A stretch of DNA of 64,000 nucleotides, from NCBI GenBank assembly GCA_964035545.1, contig OZ037773.1:5795751-5859750 (forward strand). The letters are read 5' to 3'. Both the position numbers and the translations under genes were made by a program. The notes under the pieces are model-generated. The model saw nothing but the letters and a program-made list of their open reading frames with translations. It did no database searches and was not told where the DNA came from. Shown here one piece after another: positions 40,809 to 54,000 of this stretch (within the stretch, counting starts at the first letter, position 1; each line of letters opens with the position of its first letter). Origin of the DNA: Bugula neritina (taxonomy: Eukaryota; Animalia; Bryozoa).

Positions 40809-42676
40809 CTCCTGCATGACAGCACAACTCCTAAACGCAAACATAATTCTTTTAAACATGAAATATCTGCTGGAGATTGTATTGTGTACTTCATAATAAT
40901 TTCATTGCTTACATATTTCTGTTGTTTCTAAACGCAATTTATAACCAACCTCTATTTTATTTCACAAAATGTATTTGCTAATTTATAAATAAAATATGAC
41001 ATTTTCAACAGAAGCTGCAATACATATCTTCTTTCCTAGCTCTGTTTCACCAAATCTTTCAAAATTTTGACATGATAAATTAAAAAGAGGATACGGGAAT
41101 AGAAGTGTGTAGTAATTGCTTGTTCATGGAGTATATTACATAATATAGGTCAGCTCTCTTATCTGGTTAGATTTAATTTATAAAATATTATGCAATAGTA
41201 TCCAAGCAGTTATAAAGGTTAACATTGTAAAAATACGTTTACAAACACTATTAAACATAAATTAAATAAATAAATCGCTTTACAAATTTGAGCAAACTCC
41301 AAAAGCTTAAAGGTATGCAATATTTTACTTCTTCATAAAATAAGTAAAGAATGGATTATACATTATCTTTACCCCTCCCAACTGTACATGCATTTGTTTG
41401 TGTGTTCCATATTGTTCACTCAGCACACTACTTTATGTACAAGCCTATAGTTTATGTGTATGTATTGCTATTGTAAACTCCACTGGAAACTGCCGGGGAA
41501 AATCTGCCAATTTCCAAGGCTCACCATTTTCACTTCTACAAGCTAGCAATCTATTATAAATTGTTAAATCAATCCAGGCTGTAAAGAGTGCTTCTAGCCC
41601 TGCGTAAAATAGAAACTAACCATAAATAACATATTAATATAATAGGTATGTATATAATACTATGCCAATGATATAATTATATAGCTTATATTATGTAACA
41701 TGGTATGACATTGTATTTATAAGTTGTTGTTATTTAAGTATAGCAACAAGCTTAGTACACTATTCTAGTTAACCATGCAGTGTAACTGCTATGTAAAACC
41801 TTTGCTGATTGCATGCTGATCTCCGCTTCTTGCTTTAAGAGAGTTAAGTTGAGTATATCTGTTCGTTTCAATGAGGTTATAGAGAAAAGTACTTTCTGAA
41901 ACTGTCAAATTTGAATATATTTTTTACAAAAACTGAAAGTAACTGGGTAAGTTTCACTTAGTTTTTAAAGGAAAAATTATCAATTCCACTGTTTTGTTGT
42001 TTTACCAACCTGTTAGGTTTGAGCTTTTAATTGGCTTTTTTAAAGAACCTTAATTGAACTATGGCTAACTGCATTGTATATATTTCATCTTAACACTTTA
42101 TACCAATTTTTGCTCTGCAGTTTCGAATGGTTTGAACAGGTCTTATCTGAACCTAACTTAATACAAATCTCAGTTAATAAAAACAATGATGTTGTTCCTG
42201 GTTTCTCCTAATGTACAATAGCATATTTTCTTCCAGACTAAAGATTCTTTGTGAATTATTTTCTAAATTCTAAAAATATTACCTTGTTTAAATAGAGTTC
42301 TGATAACATTTTAAGTATTGTCAAAGTTTATAAATACACTTTTGCCCATTTTAAAAACTGCTGTTTGAAGACTATTATGCTTTAATGGCAGTTTTACCAG
42401 CACACCAACCTGGTAACCTGATGGTAACATGTTTCAAATGCTAGATTAGCTGACAAGAATATAGTTTTTCTTGAACTGATAAGAAACTGGCAGCAATACA
42501 TGACTTATTTTAGCTTTTATTAAACTTTATTTTCTTAGTGTAGAACGTTACACTGTGTATTCAATTTGAATATACGTAGACGTGGGGGTATTACTCTTAC
42601 TATAATTATGTTGTTACTTATTTCATGCAGTTTCAAGTTGACCAATTAGAAAATATCTAATATTTAAAGCAGAGTT

Positions 42677-45600
42677 ATGAGGAAATCAGGTATGGAATGT
42701 AATTAATTTTATAAACTATTAAAATGAGTTGCCTATTAAACCTGTTTATAGATATTTTCTATATAGTTTAAAATTTATGATTGTGTCTTTATGAAACTAT
42801 GTTATAATATTTAATATAATAATTGCCATTGCTATAATACTAGTGCGTGTAATTTAGCTAAAAGTAATATCTTATGGTACTAGTAATCAATATTTTTATT
42901 TAGAGCACAAATTATTCTCGACTACTTCTAAAATTATAATTATAGGTTCTGCTATCTACCCATGTAAATGTCTTGTTTTCAATATATAATATAAAGTTAT
43001 TTTAGTTTGAAAGACTTGTCTCTGCTTATAATGTCAAGTTTAAATATAAAGCTTAAATATAATTATTAGCAATGAGGATAAAATGCAATTGTCTTAACAA
43101 AATAGCTTTCTTTTTGAAAAAATTAAATATTGTTACGTGATAGTTTTTCTAAATAATAGCAAAATATAAATAAAACAAAATTATTTCTTGAAGTTGATTT
43201 TTTAAAATTTAAATTCATTGCTTTTTTAGTAAAATACTTAAAACTCAACACTCCTGCTTTATGCTTATATAGCCACAATAACTAAAATTGAACTTTTACA
43301 TGTGCTAAATTCAGAGGTACACACTTTGTTAAAGTGATTACACTTTTAATTGAATATTTCTCTTGCAGAATTACAACGTAGGAATGACTCCACATTGCGT
43401 GCGCTTGCAGCTTGTGTCAACTACTGTCTTCCACCAAAATCAAAGATGTTACTTTTTGCTGCAGTCATGTCTTTGGGAATGTTTCTGGTTATTAACATGA
43501 TGACAAGACATCAGGAGAAAGGTGTATATTTAATATAGATTCAAATTAAGAATTGTCAACCCATTATTGATGTTGAAAAATATACATTATACTGTATATT
43601 ATAGTAAATGATATATGTCGAATTATAAAATGAATAATAACAGCAATTAAGTGTAAAAATAAAATCTAACAATGTGCAGTAGCCTATATATAAGATTTTA
43701 TTTTCCTCATAGATTCAGCATTACTGTAATGTCTAGTTGCATGATGTGCTCATTTTTTTGCTTTCAGGTTTTGCTTTTAAGAAAGCAAAAAAATTTACAG
43801 TCTCAAACGAACAAGGTAAACAATTGCAATATTCAAAGCGAATAAATTTATGTTTAGTCGCCTGAAATGTCATTGTAACACAAAAATAACTTCTTGGGTA
43901 AGAGTGCTGCATTGTAAGCAACTATAACAAATATGCTAAACACTGCCTCTCTAAACATTTTTCACTCATTTTAACATTTGCTACTGCAAAATAATATGTT
44001 TTGCTGCTAAAATATGATAGATATTTTATAAACATAATTTGATATTTTAAGTAGGTTACATGTGTAATGAAATTAAATATACAGTTTATACATAGAGATA
44101 AACTACATAGCATAGACATCTAGATATATACTACATATGCAGTATATAAATTTAGTATATAGACATATATCGTATATTGTATAGACATAAACTACATTGT
44201 ATATAGACACAAACCACACAGTATATATATAAGCTATATGTATATATATACATGTATATAATTATATATACACCACACAGTACACAATATTAAAACAGCT
44301 TTAATGCGTGTCAAACCATTGGACATTTAGGTAATTTAGCCTGTAAAACTTTAATGCAGCATATATTGCATCATTAAATTTTCTGTAAACAAAATTCAAA
44401 AATATGATCAATAAATTACCCTTTGCCTGATGTTGAAACGTAATAATCTAAAGATTTTTTTTAGATATTTTATCAACAAATTTGTTGTGGATGAAAGACA
44501 GAGCTCTGCCATTACGATTAAAATATCAGCAGCTAGAAAGAATAAGATCTGTGCAAAGGGTAAAAGTACAGTCGGATGCTGTAATATCTAGATGTATTTT
44601 GTTAGTTTAATAATTTACTAGCTTAATATTTTATTAATTAAATATTTTATTAATTTATTACTTTTGTTATTAAAACAATAGCGAACCTAATACATATCAA
44701 TATTAAAAATTTTCAGTTAAAATGGTGAAGAGTTAGAATGGGAGGTAGTAAAAACATGCTTATTTAAGATCGATTATTAAGAGTTTATTGTTTCCAGTTT
44801 TGTGAAAAGAAGCCCCCTAACTCTAGCCAACTCTACCCTAGTGTCTACAAGTCTTTCAGAAATGTGTCCTTTGCTCTTCTACCCAAGACTGGTTCAACAA
44901 ACATCCTTCGAATGATTTGTATTATAGTTGGTCCGAAATGTACAAATATAACCGGCTATCCTGACGAATATCATTACGTACCCAGGTATGTATAATTCCA
45001 GTCAGCCTTTAGCAATTTGTAAATATCTCCAAAGTTACTGTCAAATTGTCAACACGAGTGGTGTTATTATTTCCTAGTAGCTCCCATGGTGTAATGGCTA
45101 GCACACCAGTTTGCAAGTTTGACGTTTGATTATATTAGTTAGAAGCAGAAGCTTTTACATCAAGTCATGTGACCAGGGCACCGGCCAAAAGTGTCAACCC
45201 TGCAAACATTCTTCAGTTATGGCTCAAGGTGTCACTGTTTAATTATGTTTACTATTTAAGCAATGCCTTTTATATGTTAAAAAATTGCTTATATAAAGTA
45301 AACAGTCTATTTGAATCATATAATTGGCACAATGATAACTAATCAAACGATATGGGTACTGAAATAAGCTTGAAGTTCAATTACTGCAATTTCCGATACT
45401 TTCTTTAAGTTACATAATATAATATCAGTTGCTATATAATTTAATAATGTTAATTATAAACAATGATTGGGCCAATTGTGGAGATACTTTTGGATTGAAA
45501 TGATTTCATTCTCATAGTTGGCAAATGTTAGCTTTTTGTAGCTAGGATTTTGCTGCTAGATGAATAGGGGTTATCCCCACATTATTGTGACCATCATTAT

Positions 45601-47505
45601 TCTTCTTAACTGGACTTATACATGCTGGTATGAAAATCAATGTGTGACTGCAAAATCTGTACAAACGAAGTTGACATCAGAGTTTTTATATCAAATAGGT
45701 TTCTTTCTACAGCTGGGAACCTAAAATTGTATACCAAAGGGAGAAGTGATTGGAGCACCCGTAACTTCATCTTTACATTTGTACGGAACCCATGGCGCCG
45801 CTTAGTTAGCACGTATATAGAAAAAGTTTTGTTTACAGACTCTTTCATTGACATCTGTTCCCAGCACAACAATTCTAAGTTTGTCAACCTTTACAGGTAT
45901 GAAAATAAACTCGATGTAACTGTTTTAACTCACATAAAGTTTAGGCTTTTAGAACATAAGAATGCATGACTGTTAGTGCCTTTATATTCAAAGATCCAAC
46001 TTATTGGAAAAATAGAAAATTTAGTTTTTCTCATTGTTTGAAATTTCTTTCCTAATATGTAGCAATTTGGCTGTTTAACAGACACAGCTGGTGACTGAAA
46101 ATTAGCTATTGTATATGATGCTCGCTAAAAATGGCACTGTTAAAAATGGCACTGTTAAAAATGGCACCGGAATAATGGCAACAATGGTAATAATGGCAAG
46201 CATACACCAAAAATTGTGCATAAAACACTACTGACTGCAATTAATTTTTATTCCAAAAATTAAATTAATCTTTAGCAGGCATGCAACTCTTAATTAAGTT
46301 AAACAAAATATAACATTTATCATGCAGATATACACAAACATTTTGTGATTTAAAATTAAAAAGGGACCAATCATAAAAGTTTTAATTAAGCAGAAATTTG
46401 GTATCAGGAGTGAACATATTTTAATCAGAGATTCTATAGATCTTAATAGGTGTTCAGATTAACTTAAATATACAAAAACATTCCTGCTCTATATTGATGC
46501 AAAGAGTATATATCATTCTATTATTAATATAGAAACAATTGAAATTCATTATGAAAAGCAATAATTGTTTTTTATGTTCTGTTGTAGAGAAAAACAAGAA
46601 TCTAATGAGACACTAACTTTCAATGAGTTCCTAAGATACTGCGTGATAGAACAATACTTTATGGGAGGAGCTAAGAATATGGAACCTCACTACAGACCTC
46701 AGATACTTTCTGGAGCTTTTTGTGAGATCAACTATAATTTCATAGGCAAGTGTAACTTTCTGGAAGCTTCTCTACTTACTTGATTGAGTTAAACTTTGCG
46801 AAAAGCTAACACAAATCTGCCAGCTTTTTTTAAAGGCAAGTGTAACTTTCTGGAAGATTTCTCAATTTTCTTTAATGAGTCAAAACTCTTCAAAGAACTA
46901 ACACAAATAGGACATTATAATTTCATTATAGTGCTTTTATATAGTATAAATGTAGAGATTTTCTAACAATATGTATTTGATGCTTATTGTGGTACAATAT
47001 TATAGTATTTTATATTACATTTATGCGATATAGTATTATAGTTATATAGCATGCAGTACATCAGATATAAAACATATTTTGTTATATGATTGCTTATTTC
47101 ATTAAAAAAAAGTTACAACAGATACATATTATTATTTGTTTTGGGTTAAACTTGCACTTTTTATAACCAACTAAATTATTATATATTTTTTGTATTTTTC
47201 AAACATACCAAACTTATTGAAATAATGGGAATGTTTCATGGCGCTTCAAATAACTTTTTCTTATAGGAAAAACAGAAACTTATGATGAAGATATCAAAGT
47301 AGTATTAGAACAGTTCCAAATATCTAATATTACCTGGTTACTGAAAGAAGCTGAAAAATATCGAAAACCGAATGAGAAAGCCCATCTTACATCTTCTACC
47401 TATCTTCAACACTGGAAAACTGTAGACATTTGGATGATAGATTTACTGAAGGAAATATATGCTGATGACTTTGAAATGTTTAATTATCCACTGAGTCCTT
47501 TTTAA
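42677..47505 (+). CDS. Carbohydrate sulfotransferase (Sulfotransfer_2, CHST8-14-like), paralog A, ~363 aa
   Basis: Exons 42677-42689, 43369-43521, 43768-43815, 44465-44559, 44798-44985, 45699-45896, 46588-46745, 47267-47505 (1092 nt). Type II anchor MLLFAAVMSLGMFLVINMM, 5'-PSB LPKTGST, 3'-PB FVRNPWRRLVSTY, TFNEFL.Y, HYRPQ, INYNFIGKTE, YADDFEMFNY. Confidence 0.88.
45080..45205 (+). mobile_element. Degenerate tRNA-Gln-like head (probable old SINE)
   Basis: GCTCCCATGGTGTAATGGCTAGCAC resembles the 5' half of tRNA-Gln; the B box and 3' acceptor stem are decayed. Confidence 0.5.
46126..46200. repeat. 15-bp subterminal-type repeats (probable transposon end fragment)
   Basis: TAAAAATGGCACTGT twice, then TAAAAATGGCACCGG and AATAATGGCA variants. 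Confidence 0.6.
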
Positions 47506-49489
47506 CAAATAAAGCTAATATTTTAATTGTTTTCTTTGCTTCAAATAGTAACTTTAAAATTAAAAAACAGAGAAAATATGTAGGTCTATATAAGCCTATA
47601 CTAACAATTATTCTACTGATAAATACTAGCATGTCAGTATCTTCATGTGTTTTAGAAAACTAATCATTTGAGTAGAACCAGATTTGCTCTCTCTTGCTTG
47701 CAATGACCTATAAAAAGGCAACATAATAGCCATAGCCAAGATAATAAGCTGCTGTATCTAAGTCTAGCTCCTTACGTAATAGATGCAGCCCATTGCTACT
47801 GGTAAAAAAATCAATTAATGTTTGAAGCCTGATCACCAGTTGACAGCTTATATGTGCGTGTACATCTAATAAATGTTGAGATAGTCTAATTTAGTAAACC
47901 TTAGTACAGGCTACAGATTTTGCTGAAATATGAACTTGATTTGTACAAAAAGACTTATTTTCAAGAATATACTAATTAAAATTCTAAGTCAGCAAGACCT
48001 AAATGCATGCACTCATTAATCATTCTGAATTGGTAAAGTGATTTAGAGCAATAATACATATATCAACACAAATATTTCAAAGCTATATGCACATATAATA
48101 TAGTATACGTTATACGTTATATATGATGTAAATACGAAATATCCGTATACATATACTATTGACAGACTATTTCTGAAACAGCTACAATACATGTATCAAG
48201 TTATTCTTTTTATATCTAAATTTTTATACTTCTTTAAGTTGGGTGGTAAAAACTTCAGCTTCTTTCATTGCATAGGTTGCGCTGCTCTCTTCTGTTGATA
48301 GACAAACAATGAAACAGTTGCTATATAGAAATATTCTATATTTGCTTTTATTTAGTTCATCTTTTCCAGTCTGTTTATTTATCATGTTGATGAAATGCTA
48401 TGAGGCCATTAGCATATATAGTACCTACTCCTGTTAAGCCAATCATTGTTGATTTGACATCTACAATGGCCTTAAGTGGTGCCAACAGCGTTGATATGAC
48501 TGGTTAGCTTTCAACACTGGTTCATTCAACATATTTTGTAATACAGCTACTTGAACGTATAAGCTTTCAAGTCTGTTTGGTTAGGTAGTTAGAAGTAAAT
48601 TGATTTGTCACATAAGAAATTCTATTTAATTAACTAGAAACTATAGAGTACTAGATAGTATGTAGGGACTAATTGGCTATAGATATTCTATTTGCTATAA
48701 ATATCATGTACGCATCAAGTAATTCTACCTTGTTGCGCAATTCACGTATTCATACTGACCAACAAGGAGTTTCAATATGAGAGTATCAGGTGAGATTTAC
48801 ATATGTGATGTATCAGTCATATATTAATATACTAACTGTAATTACTGTAGAGAAGTGACTGCAGCAACTTTGTTTAGCATTCAGTATTGTTATAGTCTGT
48901 AGAAAATATTTGATTAATAGATTAGTCTTAGTTGTTTATCTTGGCCAAAAGTTGCTATTTTCTAAGATTCATATTTTGTAAAATTTTTATTTTCATTGCA
49001 GAAGTGGAGTTAAAACTTTGAGTGTGTTGATATTTTTTGTTGTCAATTTATTCTCTTTAGTATTTAACCAGATACTCATGTCTGTGTAGTTGGGTAACTG
49101 TTATGTCTTATTTATAATATTCATTTGAGTTGGGCCTGACTACTGGAAATGCATAAAACTTTAAGCATTAAAATTCTAATATCTTCACTATAATTCTATT
49201 TACAAACATAAACATTTGTAAAAAAATATATGATGTTAAAGAAAAGAAATTACACGCTATAATACTACAACCAACGCCAATAAACTAATAAGACAACAAT
49301 GTTGTGAACTTGTAGGGTAGCTACAACTTGAATTTGATATCCATGAAAATAGATCTGCTAGTTTATTACTCATCTACGTAGCAATAGAACACTTAACTAA
49401 GTTTATTGCTACTCAGGCTTGTTGAAGTTGCCAACTCTTGAAATGCCAGTGATAGTAAAGGTCTTCAAGCTTTTAAGTATGACTATAAA

Positions 49490-50307
49490 CGAATCCGCGA
49501 CATTTCACAAATGACAATTCAAAAACACCTATTTCGAAAAAGACAATTCCCAAATTGACAATTAATAAATTGACTTTTAGAAAAAAGACATTTCTAAAAA
49601 TGACATTTCACAAATGATACGGCCCAGTCGGGTGTGAGCTCGACCGGGTCGAGAATAAGTTCATATAAACGTGGGCAATTGCAGATTGGGACTGTTTGGT
49701 AGCTAACACTACTTCCGTAATAGCCTAACTCATACGCCGTTTATATTTGTTGCTGAAAGCTTTAAATCTTGTCAAGTTCAAGTTGAAATAATTACTACTT
49801 ATTTACTTTTACTTTTATACTTGTATTATTGCGTGATGTTACTATGTACATTATATGTTATTTAATTTTATTAACCGTATTTCATGAGTTAAAACTGAAA
49901 AGTAAGAAGAAAATGAAATACGGTTAATAAAATTAAATAACATATAATGTACATAGTAACATCACGCAATAATACAAGTATAAAAGTAACAGTAAATAAG
50001 TAGTAATTATTTCAACTTGAACTTGACAAGATTTAAAGCTTTCAGCAACAAATATAAACGGCGTATGAGTTAGGCTATTACGGAAGTAGTGTTAGCTACC
50101 AAACAGTCCCAATCTGCAATTGCCCACGTTTATATGAACTTATTCTCGACCCGGTCGAGCTCACACCCAACTGGGCCGTATCATTTGTGAAATGTCATTT
50201 TTAGAAATGTCTTTTTTCTAAAAGTCAATTTATTAATTGTCAATTTGGGAATTGTATTTTTCGAAATAGGTGTTTTTGAATTGATATTTGTGAAATGTCG
50301 TGTCACC
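49490..50307. mobile_element. Foldback (palindromic) non-autonomous DNA element, Mutator/FB-like
   Basis: Arms 49498-49885 and 49913-50300 (388 bp each) are near-perfect reverse complements around a 27-nt spacer. ~15-bp GACATTTC.. subterminal repeats; flanks ACTATAAA / ACTATGAA resemble an 8-9 bp TSD. Confidence 0.9.
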
Positions 50308-51046
50308 ACTATGAACAGCTCCCTAGGTCTTGGTTCAGGAGCGCTATATCAGTTGCTCTTTTTAACATCACCTATAGCCCAATTTGGGACTATTTCAGTG
50401 CTATATATGTTTATAAAGTACTTTAAACACTATTTACTATGCATAGTATTTATTATATGCTTATAGTAATATATATTATTTTGTATTAATTACACATTTG
50501 CGTGTAAAGAGAAAAAGCATAAATTCTTGATGAAGTCTTATCAGATGATATTGATATTTTCCTTTGTTTTATCATGTGTCTGTCATAAGATACACTCATC
50601 TTGTGCTGGGCCTAAAGTTTAACGTATGCAGTCCTAACTTTTAAATTTTCTTCGACGTCTGAACCTGCATGAACATCTACATCATACAGTGGTATCAAGT
50701 ATTAAATACAAATGTTTTTCATTTATTAATTGTTGATGAAATTACTAGCCAAAAAGGAAATTTTTATGTATTATAGTATAGTTATGCAGATTTTATTTTA
50801 TTTCATATTAATACACTTATGTAATGTAGTACATTAAACTGTGCTGCACTAGTTGTTAGTTTTATCAGTAACTAGTGTTAATTGCCATAACAGTGATAAT
50901 TAGCCACATATGGTTCCCCAATCAACTTCATTGTCACAAGACAGTTGCTGTAGCTTCACCAGCAAATGTTGATCATGATGATTTAGCTTGATGTTGGAAA
51001 TAGTTTATCACATGTTAGTTAATTTGGGGCTATAGCAGAGTTTTCT

Positions 51047-54000
51047 ATGGGAAAGAAAAGGAATGCTTTCATTCTACTGACTGGTGTGTCTGTGGTTGCT
51101 CTAATTCTGGTAAAAGCCTCCCTGGTACCTACCTCAGTACTGAAAGGTAAGTAAGTTAATTTGTAGTCCAATTTGGTACATCTGAATCAGTTACCCTCAA
51201 TGTACCTGTTCATTATTGCTTATCAACTTCCTCCCAATCATAGTAGTGGGGTATCTGCTGCTATAGGTGATGAGTCACAGAGATGACATCAGAGTATCTC
51301 ATGTAATCAATGAACTTTTACTATAGGGGAAAAGTTGGACAATATTCTATCCACTTAGGAGCAGCAGTGGAGAAATTGAGATCGGCTAAGTTCTTTGAGT
51401 ATTTTATTAAATTTTGGTTTGGGGAACGGGTTGAAATTCTTGCGAGAACATAATTTCTTTTGCTACGCTTTTAATCTAGAAAACAGGCTTTTCTTGATTT
51501 CTCCATTACTGCACCTACTTTATTCCAACTCTCTCTCGGACCTTACTCTCTTGATTAGAGCTGGTTGTATGCTATAGGAACTGGTGATCTGATTGAAACA
51601 TGTTTTTATACTGGTACTATATCAATGAACAGCATCATTAACCCACTCGTATAATAAACTATTACGGCTGGTGCTAGCGTGCTTCATGCCAAATACTCTA
51701 ATAGGCTAGGGTACAAATCACAATAATTATTATGCTGGCAATGACATGAGTAAATCATAACAAAGTATGTTTATAACTGCATTTCATTTTACTTCAATTG
51801 TTAACAGCTCTAATGTTTATGGCTACAAATAGACTGAGTGATAACGCATTTTATGTATAGCAAAAGCTATTTAGGGTGTTCGGTAAAGATGACACCTGCA
51901 GGCAAAACCTGTTACCCGTAACGTAATGTAACATGTTGTAGCCTATACCATAATGTAATATAATATATTGTAACATAATCTAGCGTAATATAATTTGTAA
52001 CATAAGTTAAAATGATTTATTACAATGCCCTGTAATAGGATATTGTAATATACAAGCCAATGTAGTATAATATATACCCACTGCTATGTAATGCTAATGT
52101 AATATAATATGAGGAAATGTAATATTATATTATAGTACAACCTAATGCAGTATAAACTAATGAAACATGATATAGGGTGATTTACCACAGTGTATAATAT
52201 ATTAGATACTAAAATCTAATGTAATATAATAAGTCATGTCACTGCACTTATAGTTTAAACGCCATACAAAAGACATTAATAGAAGTAAATTCTACACAAC
52301 CAAGAGCAGCTAATCAATATATATATATTATTTTATTCAAGTTCTGCTCGTTAGAATTACACTCAATAGTCTATCGTCCTGAAAAAAAGAGTAGCCATCA
52401 TTCTGACCAATTTAATTTATAACTAAGTCACAATAACTGATACTGGTTTAAATTAATGTCTTTTTGCTTAGAGACACCCATGCAAGTTTTGAGCTCATCA
52501 AGTACCTGGTATAGATATTGTAGTTATATCCCCAGTAGCCCCAGTGGTGTAAAATTTAGCAAGCCAGCTTGCCACCCAAAATGGGGGGGGGGTTCGAATC
52601 CCAGGAGCGGGAGGATATTTTTACAGGTAATAAACATAATTTGAAATATAGTAAAAATTTCACTGATCATTACAGCCTGATGATCTGTTAATTTTCACAT
52701 ATATGCTCCATATTTGATAGCAATGAAACTTTAACTTTAAGAAAAGCTATGGAATAGTGAATATCTTGTTGCATATATTAGACCATATGCTACTAATAGT
52801 GATATCAATAATACCAACAATATTATTATTATATATTGTATTATATTATATATATTGTTATCATATTTATTATTATCATATAGGCCTATATTATATATAT
52901 ATATTATTATAAGTATTATTGATTGTTTATAGGGAGTTTGGTGATGAGAAACCATTCTCTCCGAGCAGAAGAAAGAGGTGAGAATCTGGCAATTATTAGA
53001 AGTTTTAAAATTTTATAATGTGGTCATGAAATGTACTTTACCTATAGGACTTACACTTTGTAAACTTTTCTAGTTTTGTTTTTAAAATTTAATCCTAAAC
53101 TATGCTTGCAGAGCTTCTTAATACCAACTTACTTTGGGTGAAAAATAAGCATCTCCCTTTAGATACGATACCTAGGCAGCTGGAAAGGCTTACATCTATG
53201 CAAAAAGTAAGTATTGGAAAACTGTAAATATTTGAACACTAAGCTCATGTATCTGATTTTGCTCTTTCCCTGCTATCAGGACTAACTATTGAAATTATTG
53301 TGGCTACATTCGCTATGAAAGCTGATATGGTAAGATAACTCTATGATTTACACTTACAGGAACTTTCTGTTAATTTACAAAAAAACTCACACAAATTTAT
53401 AGTCGCTATCCCTGTGAGAAGCCCCTGATAGAAAGGGTTTTTGTTAAATCGGGCTAAGGACTTGTTTTAAATGAGGCACAGGAGCAATTATGACTGGATG
53501 CTCTTCCTAACGTCACCAATGGCCTTTGTCTGGGCTCGAACCCATGACCTTCGTGTTTAATAGACAAACGCTCTAACCCCTAGACCAGGGATGGGCAAAT
53601 GGCGGCCTGCGGGCCAAATCAGGCCCTTCTACTGTTTTAATCAGGCTCTCAGCCAATCACTAGCAATTCTAATAACATGTGTACTAAGCAACACTGGCCA
53701 ATCATGAACATGACTCATGAGTAGATTCTGGCCGATGTATAGCTGCTGAAACTTATGATCACGCTTCAGTGAGCACAATTATCCCCCTATATTCACACTT
53801 ACCGTATCGTACGCCATAACAGCAAATATTAGCCATTTTTACAAATGTCTGAGCTTCCTGTACGGTGTTGCGGTACGGTAGGATCAAGCACTGCTTGATT
53901 CAAATAAGTTGCGGCGGACTCCTATTGGACAGAAAAACCTTTGCGTTAATTCATTGGATATAATTGTCCAATGAAGTGTCATAGATCGTACCTAATAGCG

